Source: Lama glama
Lineage: Eukaryota
NCBI GenBank assembly: GCA_028534125.1
Contig: CM052817.1
Location: 105,898,001-105,962,000, forward strand
Direction: 5' to 3'
Length of the DNA: 64,000 nucleotides
Below the pieces are notes generated by a model. The model worked only from the letters and a program-made list of their open reading frames with translations. It did not search any database and had not been told where the DNA came from. Positions 13,255 to 25,853 of this stretch are shown here, in pieces. The stretch's first letter is position 1; every line of letters begins with the position of its first letter. The translations under genes and the position numbers were made by a program.

Positions 13255-13430
13255 ATCACTTCTTTAAGTGCTGTTATGACCTCCATTTGGAATATTTGTT
13301 AAAAGTACAGATTCACATGCCTCCAGTCATGCCTGTGGGGTCACATTTTCTAAGACTAGGACCCTGAAATTTGCATTTTTACCAAACATGCCTTACATAC
13401 AGTAATCATGAAAATCCTTTCTTTAGAATG
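13255..13430. mobile_element. MER5-like hAT-Charlie DNA transposon fragment
   Basis: ttgttaaaagtacagattc...ccctgaaatttgcatttttaccaa resembles the MER5 core. Confidence 0.5.
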
Positions 13431-13699
13431 CTATATCTGAGAACTCTAGCAGAACCACTTAGGATTAAAAAAAAAAAAAGATCAAATGCATGCCTTCTTG
13501 GTGACATCACTAAGAAAATTAGATTAGGTTCTGTGAACGTTACTTTACTCAGTAGCTACTTCCTGAAAGCACCCTGATATCGTTTAAAGGAATAAGGTTT
13601 GGTCTCCTTTGAATTCAGTCTAGGGCACACATAAAATATGACTGAAGTTAGAATATTCACATGCTTCCTCCTGAATTTGAATCTTGACCTGAAAAGAAT

Positions 13700-14484
13700 C
13701 ACCTCACTCCAGTCAGAATGGCCATGATTAAAAAGCCCACAAATGATAAATGCTGGAGAGGGTGTGGGGAAAAGGGAACCCTCCTACACTGTTGGTGGGT
13801 TTAATTTGGTGCAGCCACTATGAAAACAGTATGGAGATTCCTTAAAAAACTAAAAACAGTATGAAGATTCCATAAAAAACTAAAAATAGACTTACCATAT
13901 GATCCAGCAAACTCATTCATGAGCATATATCTGGAGAAAACTCTTCTTCAAAAAGATACATGCACCTAAATGTCCATCTACAGATGACTGGATAAAAAAG
14001 CTGCGGTATATTTATGCAATGGAATACTACTCAGCCATAAAAAGAATAAAATAATGCCATTTGCAGCAACATGGATGAACTGGAGAATATCATTCTAAGT
14101 GAAGTAAGCCAGAAAGAGAAAGAAAAATGCCATATGATATCACTTGTATGTGGAATCTAAAAAGAAAAAAAGACACAAATGAACTCATTTACAAGCCAGA
14201 AACAGGTTTACAGACATAGAAAACAAACTTATGGTTACCAAAGGGGAAAGGGTTGGGGAGGGATAAATTAGGAGTTTGGGACTAGCAGATACAAGCTACT
14301 ATATATAAAATAAACAATAAGGTCTTACTGTATAGCACAGGGAACTATATTCAGTATCTTATAATAACATATAATGAAAAAGAATATATATGCATAACTG
14401 AATCACTTTGTTGTACACCAGAAATTAGCACAATATTGTAAATCAAATATACTTCAATAAAAAATAAATTCATAAGAATTTTTA
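13700..14484 (+). mobile_element. Young L1, 5'-truncated (~0.8 kb)
   Basis: ORF2 end and 3' UTR matching the other young L1 copies in the window; poly(A); TSD aaaagaat at 13692-13699 and 14485-14492. Confidence 0.95.
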
Positions 14485-16030
14485 AAAAGAATTAAAATGC
14501 TTAGCACACCTGCTGTTCTGGTGGTGGCTTCTTACAGGCTGGTTTCTGCTGTGAGGCTGCTGTGACCACTCCTACTTCTCAGTCTCTGCAGTGAAGCTGG
14601 ATGCTCTTCGTTTCCAAATCTCTTCCCCGGATATTTATCAGGTTTGTGAGGGCTCAGTCTATTTTACTTAGACAAGTTGATTTCTGTTGCTTAGAGCCAA
14701 AAACAAGCAAATAAGAAGAAGAAAATAAACTGATGACAGATGTCCTTGTAAGAAGGGGATACAGTCGGGGAGATGTGAGGGATTTTTGAAGAATGGGGCC
14801 TATGGTGGGGAAAATCTGTTCAAATTCAGGAAAAAAAAAAAAAAAGTCCTGGCCACTGTGGTACCCCAGGACAAAATAACTAATGAAGCTATTGCTGGTG
14901 GTGTCTGTGGCATGGCAGGTCAGTCCCTGGGGAGATCACAGAGCTGTTCCATTGTGAACGGTGTGCAGGAGTCGAGAACCATTGGGTGCTTGTGACCATT
15001 TTTATGACACTTAAAGAGAAAGAGTGATGAATAGCAATCTCTGAATTCTATTTCAAGGAATGGCCTGAAACTATGCCTGTGTCGAAAGAATCTTCTATTT
15101 TTACTCACAGCCCTGTGGTAGCTGAAAAAGAAACTTGGAGTTGGCTGAATTATATTATCAACTCAATTCATATCCTTAGTATTCTCTCATGCAAAACTTG
15201 GGGCACTGATGGAAGAGCAAGACCCTTGTCATTAGTTTGGAGCTGCAGGAGAGGGTGTAAAGGATTCAAGCACCCCTAAATATGAAGACCTGTGAAGGTT
15301 CCCAATGATCTTCCCTTTTGCTGCAAATCAGCGCATCCCTCTTACCTGATAATACCATTTCTCTCTTGTTTGAACATGATTCACTCCCTTGCCAAACTGG
15401 AGACTCTCTCTTGCAGTAGAAAGTCAATAACATCCCGTGACCCCTCGCCTCTGGCACCAGGCCAGTATGGAAACTCCCCTTTTATGGAGAATCAGTGACA
15501 TTTAAGGGTATTTTATTGTCGTTTCTAATGAGATCAATGCGTCTAAAATGTTTTACGACCAATCAAAATCCAATTAGTTCTTTTTCTGAAAACTTTATCT
15601 TTTCAGTGTTCTTAAATTTATGATAAATGTGGATGTAGCTACTAGGTCCAACCCATCGTTCCCTATCCATCTAAAGTGCTTGTATCTGGATGGCTCTGTA
15701 ATATCCCAACTTGGCTAGGCTGGACCACGAGGCAGGACCACCCTTCCTTAGCAACGTCTGGGTACAGCTGGCTACAAGAAGCATTTTGCACATGCTTTGA
15801 GACGCAGGAGTGGGACACTCATGTTGAGCAGAGGAACCAAATGCTGTCAAGCCTCACCCACAAGGTCTGTTATCGGCTGGATCACTTTATTTATCTAAAG
15901 AAGATTGTTCCGGTTCCAACACAAGTTGATATAAAGAGTCTCCCTTTTAAGGATTCCCAAAATGACCTTTAGCCATTTGCACGAGTCATGGTGCACTGCA
16001 TAAGGTGGGACATGAGAAATTTTCAAGGCT

Positions 16031-16199
16031 GGGGGAGGGTAGAGCTCAGTGGTAGAGTGTGTGCTTAGCATGCACAAGGTCCTGGGTTCAGTCCACGCTA
16101 CTGCCATTAAAAAATAAATAAATAAACCTAACTGCCCCCTCCCCCCCCAAAATAAAGGATATAAAATTAAGTAATAGGATTTTTAAATTAAAAAAAAAT
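16031..16199 (+). mobile_element. Vic-1-type camelid SINE
   Basis: gggggagggtagagctcagtggtagagtgtgtgcttagcatgcacaaggtcctgggttcag head, taaacctaactgccccct segment, A-rich tail. Confidence 0.92.
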
Positions 16200-18736
16200 A
16201 TGTTTCAGGGAGATGATACCCTGGTTTGAAGCAAAATCATTTCATGGCACCCAGACTACCATTACGGCTCACTAGTAAGAGGGAGGCTTGACAGAGGAGT
16301 TCAGGGAATGGATTTTTTGTATGTTTGTTTTATTTTTCTTTATCTTATTCCTCTTCTTGTCCCTCATGCAGTTATTGATCTCGTCTACGATTGATTTTTT
16401 TTCCTTCCATTTTGTTAAAGAGAAAATAATTGAAGTGGTTTTCTTTTACCCACACAGGGACATATTTTAGCCTTACTATTTCATCTCATGGGTAAATCAA
16501 TATGTTTACACAGTGTCAGAACACAATACACAGGTTTTTAACCTCTTAATGCCATTCCTGGAAAGTAGGAATTACCAGACGCCCTGTGTGACTTAGGAAG
16601 GCACGTGTGTCACAAACCATGGGTCTATGTTATTTATAGACAAAAATAAATAGACTCCAATCCCACAACCCAAGAGCCTGCTACAGCATATAGTTTTGGG
16701 GATTTTATGTCTTAAGTAACATGGTTACTCCTCTAAAACTAAGAACACATTGCTGAACTTTGTGCTCCGCTATTTTTAAGAATGAGACATGATATGGTGG
16801 GTCTTTGTGAATCATGAACACAAAAATTGTCGGAGTTGGCTATCCCATTTGACCTCACTTTCGATATGTTCCCAAACTTCACACAGGACTCAGATCAAGA
16901 AAAGATATTCCAGGTGGACCACAGAGAAGAGTTCTGTTGCTAAGTCTTTATGATTACTCAAAGGGCATTAAAATGTGGGATTCTTTATAGACTGTAGCAA
17001 ATCACAATAGGATCATCATGGTGGAGAAGTCTGGGTTCTTGGAGCAAAGATGTTTCTTTTCAATAATGAAAAAGGCTCCTCTTGAAAAGGTACTCTTGCT
17101 ATGAGCCTCTGAGGAAGGCTGAAAAAAACAGTGGTGATTTTCAGGAAGTTAGGAGAATTTACACGTCTGTCTGTCATGAATTTAGCATTATCTGATATGA
17201 GTAGCCATGTAAATTATGAGTGTCCAATAACATTCTATTATCAAGATAAGATCTAAACAGACTTTGAAAGCCCAAGTGAATTTGAAGACCTTCCAACATG
17301 TCTTCCCAATCCTGTCATTCTGCTCTTTTTTCCTCAATCTACACCTAAGACCTCAGACAAGGATTTTTGTGACAGTTAACTGGCAAGAAGGGGTGCTAAT
17401 CACTTCATAGTATTAGATCTTGGCTTAAAGGGTCCCAGAATGACCACAGAGAAGGAAAACTTCACAGTAGGCAGAACTTTCAACTATTACACTACCTTTC
17501 TTATTGTGTCTGAAAGGAGAAATAACTAGATCTATGCCAATTTGTAGCAGAGAGCAAAGGACTGCCCTACAAGATTACAAGTGTATTTGTCCATTTTAAG
17601 GCTCATTTATGAGGTTCAGTCTGCAGGAGGCTCTTTATACCTGGGGAAAAAACACAATGGGCTCATGGATATCAGTTACCTACCAAAGATATCAGCAAAA
17701 ATTGAATGAAGCAAATATGGTGGCACTATTGCCAATTACGTATAAGATCAAAAAACACGTTTTTCTATTCACCCAAGCTAACTTGGTTACAGACCCTAAC
17801 CCAAGTACCCAGTTATCCTGCACCAACCACCAACTCTTAGTCACGGCAGTATGAAACCATACACACATAAAGCTAGCGGAACAAACTGGTTTTTGCTACC
17901 AACTGTTAAAACAAAACGAGAAAAAAAATTGATATGAATTGGAATTTGGCTTTTTTTTTATATATATATTTAGGACTTTTCCTTTTTGGAAAGAACTCCG
18001 TTTCTTGGAGGTCTGAAATGAAGTATGGAAGAGGGCATCTCTCCACGTTTTACATAACATTGTGTTCCAGATCATGACTGCTTGGTCTACAAAATTTTAC
18101 AGATTTTAGTTTGCTTGTTTGTGTTATACGAAAACAGCTGTCATGGTTGTTAATTACAGCCTTTTCTCCTCCTAGGAACCAGTTATGTGCCCATGAGGGC
18201 TGGATAAAGAATATAGCCATTGGGTTATATTCATAACGACTATCTCTCTTTGACATCTGTGGATCATTCCTTGATTAACTGCATTGTTCAGATCATTCTA
18301 TCCTTTAGGAAAACTTTCTGCTCCTGTGTTCCCCAGTTTCTTCTGTAAACAGAATTGTTAAATACTGTTCAATCTGTTCAGTTTGCTCTAATCTTTAACA
18401 AATTTCCCAAATGTGCCAGAATTCCAGGTGAGGCTCCAGCTGATAACTCTTCATATAGAGAAGAATTTCGTAAAGAAAGTAAGCATAACAAAACAAACAG
18501 CAAAATCCCAACATTTTCCCATTATATTCTGTATTTGGAAAATGCATTTTCAAATCTCAGAATACCTCATTACATCAGTTTATTGAATAAATATTTGTTA
18601 AGTATTTATTTCCAGTAGGAATGTGTTGGATTGTGGAACCACATTCAAAGATGAACAAAATAAGTAACTTTTTGTATAACAAAAAACGTCTGAAAATTTC
18701 AAAGATGAAAGTGGAGAAGTGAGAGTGAAGTCTAGT

Positions 18737-19425
18737 GCAGTTATGACGGTTGGGCTCAGAATATCTATTCCAATTTTCTTCTACTGTGACTTTCCTTTCC
18801 TTTGGAGAGCAGAAAGCTAAAACAAAAAATCCTCCAATTCATTTTCAGCTGGTGATCCAAGTTTGATTCAGGTCTTCATCCAATGCAATTATGTGAGACT
18901 TGAAATCGAGCTGAGATGAAGACAATATTGGGCATGCATTTTATTAGGCTATATTGTAACAGATGAAGAATGGCTCTGGAACCAGATGGTGTCTCCCAGG
19001 CTTGCTGATTTAGCAGAAATGGCTTCGTGATAGTAGAAAAGTCATGACGTGGGACCTGGAAGCTCTAGTGGCACCTTCTGATTTTGCATGTGAAGTGTCC
19101 TGACCGGAGCACAGTGATGCTGTTCTGGAGCCAGTAATTAGCTAATTCAGCATCTCAGACTGCAACCGCCCTAGGTCTGTATGTGTAATAAGGGACACCT
19201 CCTGGTTTGACAAACAGCCTCCCAATCATGGCAGAAGCAGCAGCTCCTTAGGCACCCTGGTTCTGCAGCATAGACTTGAGAATAGAATCTGGAATCTCAT
19301 CCTACAGATTTTCATTCAGCCATCTCTGTAATTCTGTAAGTCATCTGACATACCATAATAAATACTTTTATTCTAAATTTCTTGGGGTGAAATCTGTTCT
19401 CTGCATCAGAACATTGACCAATGTG
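18737..19425 (+). mobile_element. Old ERVL-class solo LTR (LTR16/LTR33-like)
   Basis: 3' end aataaatactttta...aatctgttctctgcatcagaacattgaccaat matches the recalled LTR16/33 terminus. Confidence 0.55.
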
Positions 19426-19475
19426 AAGCCTCAGAGTATATACAAAATACATAAAAAAGAATTTTTAAAGGCTAT

Positions 19476-19554
19476 ATTTTTTTAAATTGAAGTATATTTG
19501 ACTTATAATGTTGTGTTAGTTTCAGGTGTACAGCAAAGTGTTTCATATATATGC

Positions 19555-19599
<45 letters not shown>

Positions 19600-20036
19600 C
19601 ATATATATATATATATGTATATATATACATATATACATATATATATATATTCTTTTTCAGATCCTTTTCCATTATGGGTTTTTACAAGATATTGAATATA
19701 GTTTCCTGTGCTCGCAACAGTAGGTCTTTGTCATTTATCTATTTTATGTGTAGTAGTTGTATCTGCTAATCCCAAACTCCTAATTTATCCCTTCCCATTC
19801 CTTCCCTCTTTGGTAACCATAAGTTTGTTTTCTATGTCTGTAAGTCTTTTTCTGTTTTGTAAGTAATTTCATTTGTATTATTTTTTAGGATTCCACATGT
19901 AAGTGATAGCACGTGATATTTGTCTTTCTCTTTTGCCTTACTTCACTTAGTATGATAATCTCTAGGTCCATCCATGTTGCTGCAAATGGCATTGTTTCAT
20001 TGTTTTTTATGACTGAGTAGTATTCCACTGTATATA
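19476..20036 (-). mobile_element. Young L1 3' UTR fragment with internal (GT)n(AT)n expansion
   Basis: L1 3' end sequence; TSD taaaggcta at 19466-19474 and 20037-20045; microsatellite ~19545-19650. Confidence 0.95.
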
Positions 20037-20349
20037 TAAAGGCTACTTTTTAAAGTACATCAGGTAACTGAGTTGAATAATGACTGGCCCTGATCGTAGG
20101 TCTCCCTTTGTGATTTCTCTTTTTCACTCCCAGTTTACTCCTGCTTTCTTCTCTCTCTTCCTCATCTGTTCCTCACAATTCAGAGGAAAGGTAAGCTTAC
20201 ATTCAGCTACTATATCTGCTAGGAAATCTTATTTTAGATTGTTGTGTTTTGGTGTAATATGATTTCAAACCCACATATTCATGACTTCAGTGAAATCACG
20301 AATTCACTTGTTATGACAAAGACAGAAAAAAAAGTTGTTTTTAGAAGTA

Positions 20350-20849
20350 NNNNNNNNNNNNNNNNNNNNNNNNNNNNNNNNNNNNNNNNNNNNNNNNNNN
20401 NNNNNNNNNNNNNNNNNNNNNNNNNNNNNNNNNNNNNNNNNNNNNNNNNNNNNNNNNNNNNNNNNNNNNNNNNNNNNNNNNNNNNNNNNNNNNNNNNNNN
20501 NNNNNNNNNNNNNNNNNNNNNNNNNNNNNNNNNNNNNNNNNNNNNNNNNNNNNNNNNNNNNNNNNNNNNNNNNNNNNNNNNNNNNNNNNNNNNNNNNNNN
20601 NNNNNNNNNNNNNNNNNNNNNNNNNNNNNNNNNNNNNNNNNNNNNNNNNNNNNNNNNNNNNNNNNNNNNNNNNNNNNNNNNNNNNNNNNNNNNNNNNNNN
20701 NNNNNNNNNNNNNNNNNNNNNNNNNNNNNNNNNNNNNNNNNNNNNNNNNNNNNNNNNNNNNNNNNNNNNNNNNNNNNNNNNNNNNNNNNNNNNNNNNNNN
20801 NNNNNNNNNNNNNNNNNNNNNNNNNNNNNNNNNNNNNNNNNNNNNNNNN
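20350..20849. other. Assembly gap (500 N)
   Basis: Run of N. Confidence 1.
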
Positions 20850-21746
20850 TGCAGTCAGTAGAAACTGTACTTCAGATTTTGAATTTTGATCTTTTCCCTG
20901 ACTAGCAAAGATACTGACCTGGGTTCTTGGATGCTGCCATCAATAGAAATTGATCAGAGGAATTCAGGCAAGACTTTGTTGGGACTCATGCTGCAGCACA
21001 AGGGAGCAAAAAAGTAACAGGTTCCCTTGCTCAGTCCATGACAGGGGGCGAGCTGGTCCCTTATATGGGGTGAGGGTAGGAGTGGGTCAGGGATTGCACT
21101 CAGGTGTCTGCCCACCCTCTTGGTGGTGTGTTGTGCAGGAATCATACTCAGTACCTTGCTTTTGCTCTGGGCACTTCAGAAATGGCAGTTGGGGTTTTGA
21201 TCTTTTTGTATCTTGTTCACAATTTGTCCCAAATGGCATGCACACAGATTATTTTTAGTCCCTTAGAGTTTCTTTGTGTTCTGTTGCCGGAGGAGAGAAA
21301 CATTTGTCCAAATGTGAGCACTGAAGTATAGGATCCCAGGTCCCAGCCTGTCTCAGCAACATGTGGTGGGATGCTCTCTCCCTGTGCTGGGTGGGGCTGC
21401 GAGACTCAGCTCCCGGTCAGTCACAGCACCATGAGGATACACAATGGATACACTTACAACTGTTCTGTACCTAGGCAACCACTCTGTTTTTCACTTTCAG
21501 TACTCACTTGTATTCAATCAATTGCATGAGATATCCAACCCCTTTTATTATAAAATAGGCTTTGTGTTAGATGATTTCGCCCAGCTGTAGGCTAATGTAA
21601 GTGTTCTGAGCACATTTAAAGTCAGCTAGAGTAAGCTATGCTGTTCAGGAGGCTGGATGTATTAAATGCATTTTTGAATTCATGATACTTTCAACTTACA
21701 ATGGGTTTATCAGGAGATAATCCCATTATAAATTGAGGAAGATCCG
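20850..21746 (-). mobile_element. MER47/Tigger5-type DNA transposon, interrupted by an LTR; left end lost in gap
   Basis: ataggctttgtgttagatgatttcgcccagctgtaggctaatgtaagtgttctgagcac... and terminal gaggaagatccg followed by TA match the recalled MER47 consensus. Confidence 0.85.
20909..21355 (-). mobile_element. ERV1-class solo LTR (447 bp) nested in MER47
   Basis: Minus strand begins TGAGACAGGCTGGGACC; 4-bp TSD gcaa at 20905-20908 and 21356-21359; host sequence resumes across the insertion. Confidence 0.88.
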
Positions 21747-22029
21747 TACTTTAATTTTTTGAACTGCCTGTGATGTGTTCTTGATTCCTAGAGATAGAGG
21801 GGCAACCCGGCGCATATGATGAGGAAAAGACACACCACTAGTAACAGCTGAATAAAGAACTTGTAAGAAGTCTCCACGTTAAGGAGGCCATGAGACCCTG
21901 AAATTCTTATCTTGGAAAAAAAAATAGATTAAACCTTCATTTTTTGAAGCTATGAATGGTTCGAGTTTTCTGAGTCGTAACCAAACTGAACTACAAATTT
22001 TACAGTTCCTATGCAATTTTCAAAACAAA

Positions 22030-23105
22030 ATTTTAAAATTTAATTGACATGAACTGAACCATACATGGTTTATATGTGCACTGTGATATTCAGTCTATAT
22101 GAAATCAACACTATGAACGAGATAATGAACACATCCATCACCCCTAAAAGTTTGCTTACATTTGTATTGCCATCTACCCCTTCATAATTATGATTATATT
22201 AAGAAGGCATACACATCCAGACCACAAATGATCAGGTCTATTATGTCTTGCAAACCCATTATCCAAATGCTATACAGTTATTATTTCTTATGAGAGTTGA
22301 ACAAGATAGTGTCATGAACAAAATCAAATCTGTTCACTACATAATCTCAGCTTCACGAGCCCCATCCCAAGATGACCAAGATGACCATTGTTCTTCATGC
22401 CACTATATTTTAGTGTAGAATTTCACATAAATGCCTTCCAAAGGCACTATAGAATGTTACATTCTCATATATAGTATATCACATGTTGATTTATGGGACA
22501 TCTTAGTATGGTAAGCCCTTTAAACTTCGGACATTCTAACTGGAATACAGTAGTATACCAACGTGGTTTTAATTTGTATTTTTCTAATAAATAATTATAT
22601 TAAGCTTTTTTGTGTATGTGTCTTATTTGCTGTTCTTATGTGTTTGCTGAAGTGTCAGTTGAAATCATTTTCCCACTTTTTAATTGGATTGTTTGTTTTC
22701 TCATTACTGAATATTAAAAGTTCTTTACATATTTTCGATAAAAATCCTTTTTCAAGTGTGACATTTGCAAGTGTTTTCTTCTGGTCTGTGGCATGTCTAT
22801 TATTTTAACAGTGTCTTTTCAAAAGGTAGCAGTTTTTAGCTTAGATAAATTCCAAATTACCTTTCTTAATTAATCATCTATTGGGTGCTGTATCAAAACA
22901 TTCTTTGCCTAAATCATGCTGGCAAAGATTTTTTCCCATGTTTTCTTTTAGAAGTTTTAGCTTCACATTTAGGTCTAAGACGCATTTTGATTTAAATTTT
23001 CAATGAAGTATGAGATACAGGTCACAGTTTATTCTTCAGTATATGAAAATCTAACTTTCCCTGAACCAGTTATTTATAAGATAAATTTTCCATTGAATTG
23101 TCTAC
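22030..23105 (-). mobile_element. Old L1 (L1M-type) 3' region
   Basis: Diverged ORF2-end motifs gtggttttaatttgtatttttctaat, ttctttgcctaa, tttaggtcta; probably interrupted ~22180-22420. Confidence 0.7.
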
Positions 23106-23594
23106 ATTTATGGTTTATTTTGTTGTTATTTCAAATGGGAAGGGAAATTTGTTCTCTGACACTCCATATTGATCATACACACTTTTCTTTCAAGCCTTTA
23201 TCACTTGGAATAACATGCCATTATTTCTGATATTCCTTGAAATTTCTTGTCCACTGAGCATTTCATTTCTAGCTTTCCAACAAAAGCTTAACATATGCAA
23301 AAAAATTTTTTTCTATCAGTATCACACATTTAAGTAGGCAGGGGGCCACTGAGTTATATGTTCAACCCATCATCCTGAAACAGGCTATTATGCAAGATAA
23401 ATAATTCAACGCCAGAATTCAAATCAGCCCTTTTAAGGTTTCAGAGCCCAAGACATTAAGATGAGAAATATATTTTATAACATCCTGCTTTTGTGATTTT
23501 ATTATGTTTTGTTATCATTTGATTTAAAAAATCTCAAAGTGAATACGTTTTTACTGTATATTATAAAACTAAATGTAAGCAAAAGATGGAGTGT

Positions 23595-23722
23595 CAATAT
23601 TTTTTAGTTCCCTATTTGCTACTAATTATCTCTGTGATATTGAGTGATTCCCTTACGCTCTCCAGATCTTTCTGCTTATGGGGATGAAATAAATGGTCAC
23701 TGAGTTTCTGTTCAGTGCTGTT
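23595..23722 (+). mobile_element. MIR-family fragment
   Basis: tttagttccctatttgctactaattatctctgtgatattgagtgattcccttacgctctc core-like sequence. Confidence 0.5.
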
Positions 23723-25424
23723 AGTGATTTCCAGCAGGCAGTGATTGACAATCTTTCTATGGGTGAGTTCTACCTGGCTTTCTGTTCTTCAACTCTAAGA
23801 CATCTTCCTTCATCAAGCTATAGATTTGGTGTTTTAAATGAAAGCTGGGACACTTTCAGACTTTCTTCACACCAGGTTTATATTTTTGTTCCTTTTTTTC
23901 CCCAGCTTATCTGATCCATTACTTTTTCTTTTCAAGCTTTTAGTGCCTGCAAAGGACTTGTTATTTAATTCTACCCAAGAAGGATTGAACTCAAGATATT
24001 ACTTCTCTAAGGAGATATCTAAAGTCTTATTTCTCGCTGTGGTATATAAAAGATTGATCTCTTGTTAAAGGGATTTCAAATATCAGTTGGACTAAAGTTA
24101 CTTTGGAATTACAGTATCTTCCCAGAGGTCAGTGAAATCATGTCATACAGATAAGTGTTTACTTTACTTACATGAAGTACAAGTCTTTGCCAATGGAAAT
24201 GCAAAAATCAGGTCTGCATTACAGCATCGCACTATTATATAATCTTAGTTTCATGAATATTAAGCTAATTTTGACTATGTAAATGAATAGATAATCAAAA
24301 AATCTAGAGAAGTCTAGATAATATTAAGATACTTCAGAAAACCAAAAAATGTATTAAAAATTAGCTCTGGACTAGGGAGAGTAAACAAAAAATGGAATCA
24401 GCCAGAGGTAACCTACAAGAAAAAATGAAGTTAAGCTTTATTTGAAGAGCTTGGTAGACAACATACACATTTTTACAATGAGAAAACCTTGGAGAAACCA
24501 AAAATCAGTGAATTTTCTTGGACTCAGAGAACTAAATTTGCAAGGAAAACTGCCAGAAGAAAATAGGAAGAAACTGGTACATCCTGAGAGAAATACCCCA
24601 GATTTGTTCACCTGGAATTACAGCTACAGGAGCCCTAAATAGTTGGGAACACTAGACTGGGAATTTTGATCATTGTTGGAGGTTGTGTATAGATTGATAT
24701 GAGAGTGACAATCTTCTGGGGGCTTTTGTCTTCAAGGGGCCCCACCTTTTTTGTCTGTTTTATCTCATAGGAACCTCACCAGATTCCCATGGTGAAGATC
24801 TAACAAATGTCCCTTTTTGGCTCTGGCAGGTGAAAAGGAAAGGTAATCATTATGAAATCTATCAAGAGTTTTCTCCATAACAAAGGATTTCATTTAAGTG
24901 AAAAAATTTGGGCAGGATTTGTTGACAGCTGCGGGAAGGGAATTCCTCACAGCCCAGCCCTTTTAGCCTTCTTCTTACAGTTCAAAGGGAAAAAGGAATC
25001 AGCAGGGGTCAGGGCTGCAAGGAACTGGGTTGGCAACATGGTAACCATGGAAAAAATACCAAACAAAACTATAACACCGAAGAAATACTTGGGAAAATCA
25101 TAGCCTTGATTCATAGGACCACGCAAATATTGTGATTTGATTTAGAGGTTGGAGAATGATCTCCTTTCAAACTCCTTTCCCTACAGTAATAGAGCATCAG
25201 TGTAACACTGGGTCACAGGTGGGAAAGCTCTACAACAGAGACTCCTTCAGAGGAGGGGGACTTTCAAAAGACAAAGCCAAGATAAAAGACAAAAGCAAGG
25301 GCACTGAGGAGACTGAAGCTCCCTGGTACCGACAGCTACAGCAAAAAACATCACAGCCTAACTCCTGGCCAGGTTTTCAAAAAACCTTACACTGAAAGGC
25401 CTATTTAACTCGGTTCCTATTACC

Positions 25425-25853
25425 AGTGGCAAAGAAAACCAGAACTGGACAATAGTCAAAGTGAGAAAAACAGATTTTATTCAGGAATGAAACCTCAAGT
25501 TAGAACAAGACTCAATTTTTAATACAACAAGGAAATATAGAAATCGATCACCAAGTAGCTGATTTATGGATGGAAAATTACTAAGAGGACATATTAAGAG
25601 TATGGTGGGGAGTGAGATTCTGGCTCAACCTAATAGGATTCTTGTCGAAGTCAGGCCAGGGTAATAAGAAATCACCTGGGGGGTGGTGAGGATGATGAGG
25701 AATTTGGTCAGATATGGAGGGTGGGGGATTCTGGCTACACTTAACAGGGTTCCTGCTAACATTGGGCGGTGGAAGTCCAAAAGGGTAGGGCTAGTTTGGA
25801 AGAGGATTCAGAGGAGCATGGCTGAAGTCTGGCTAAGGAAAGACTCTTTATCC
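25425..25853 (-). mobile_element. MER31/MER67-like ERV1 solo LTR inside old L1
   Basis: Minus strand starts gataaagagtctttccttagccagacttcagccatgctcctctgaatcctcttc like MER31; AATAAA on the minus strand near 25475. Confidence 0.75.

Noticed and set aside
16031..16110. tRNA-Ala gene
   Set aside because: Acceptor stem is broken, an A-rich tail follows and there is no oligo(T) terminator; this is a SINE head.
19472..19769. Tyr/Ile-rich ORFs
   Set aside because: Translation of the (AT)n repeat inside an L1 3' UTR.
20244..20889. Long ORFs of 184-205 aa
   Set aside because: Artefacts of translating through the N gap.
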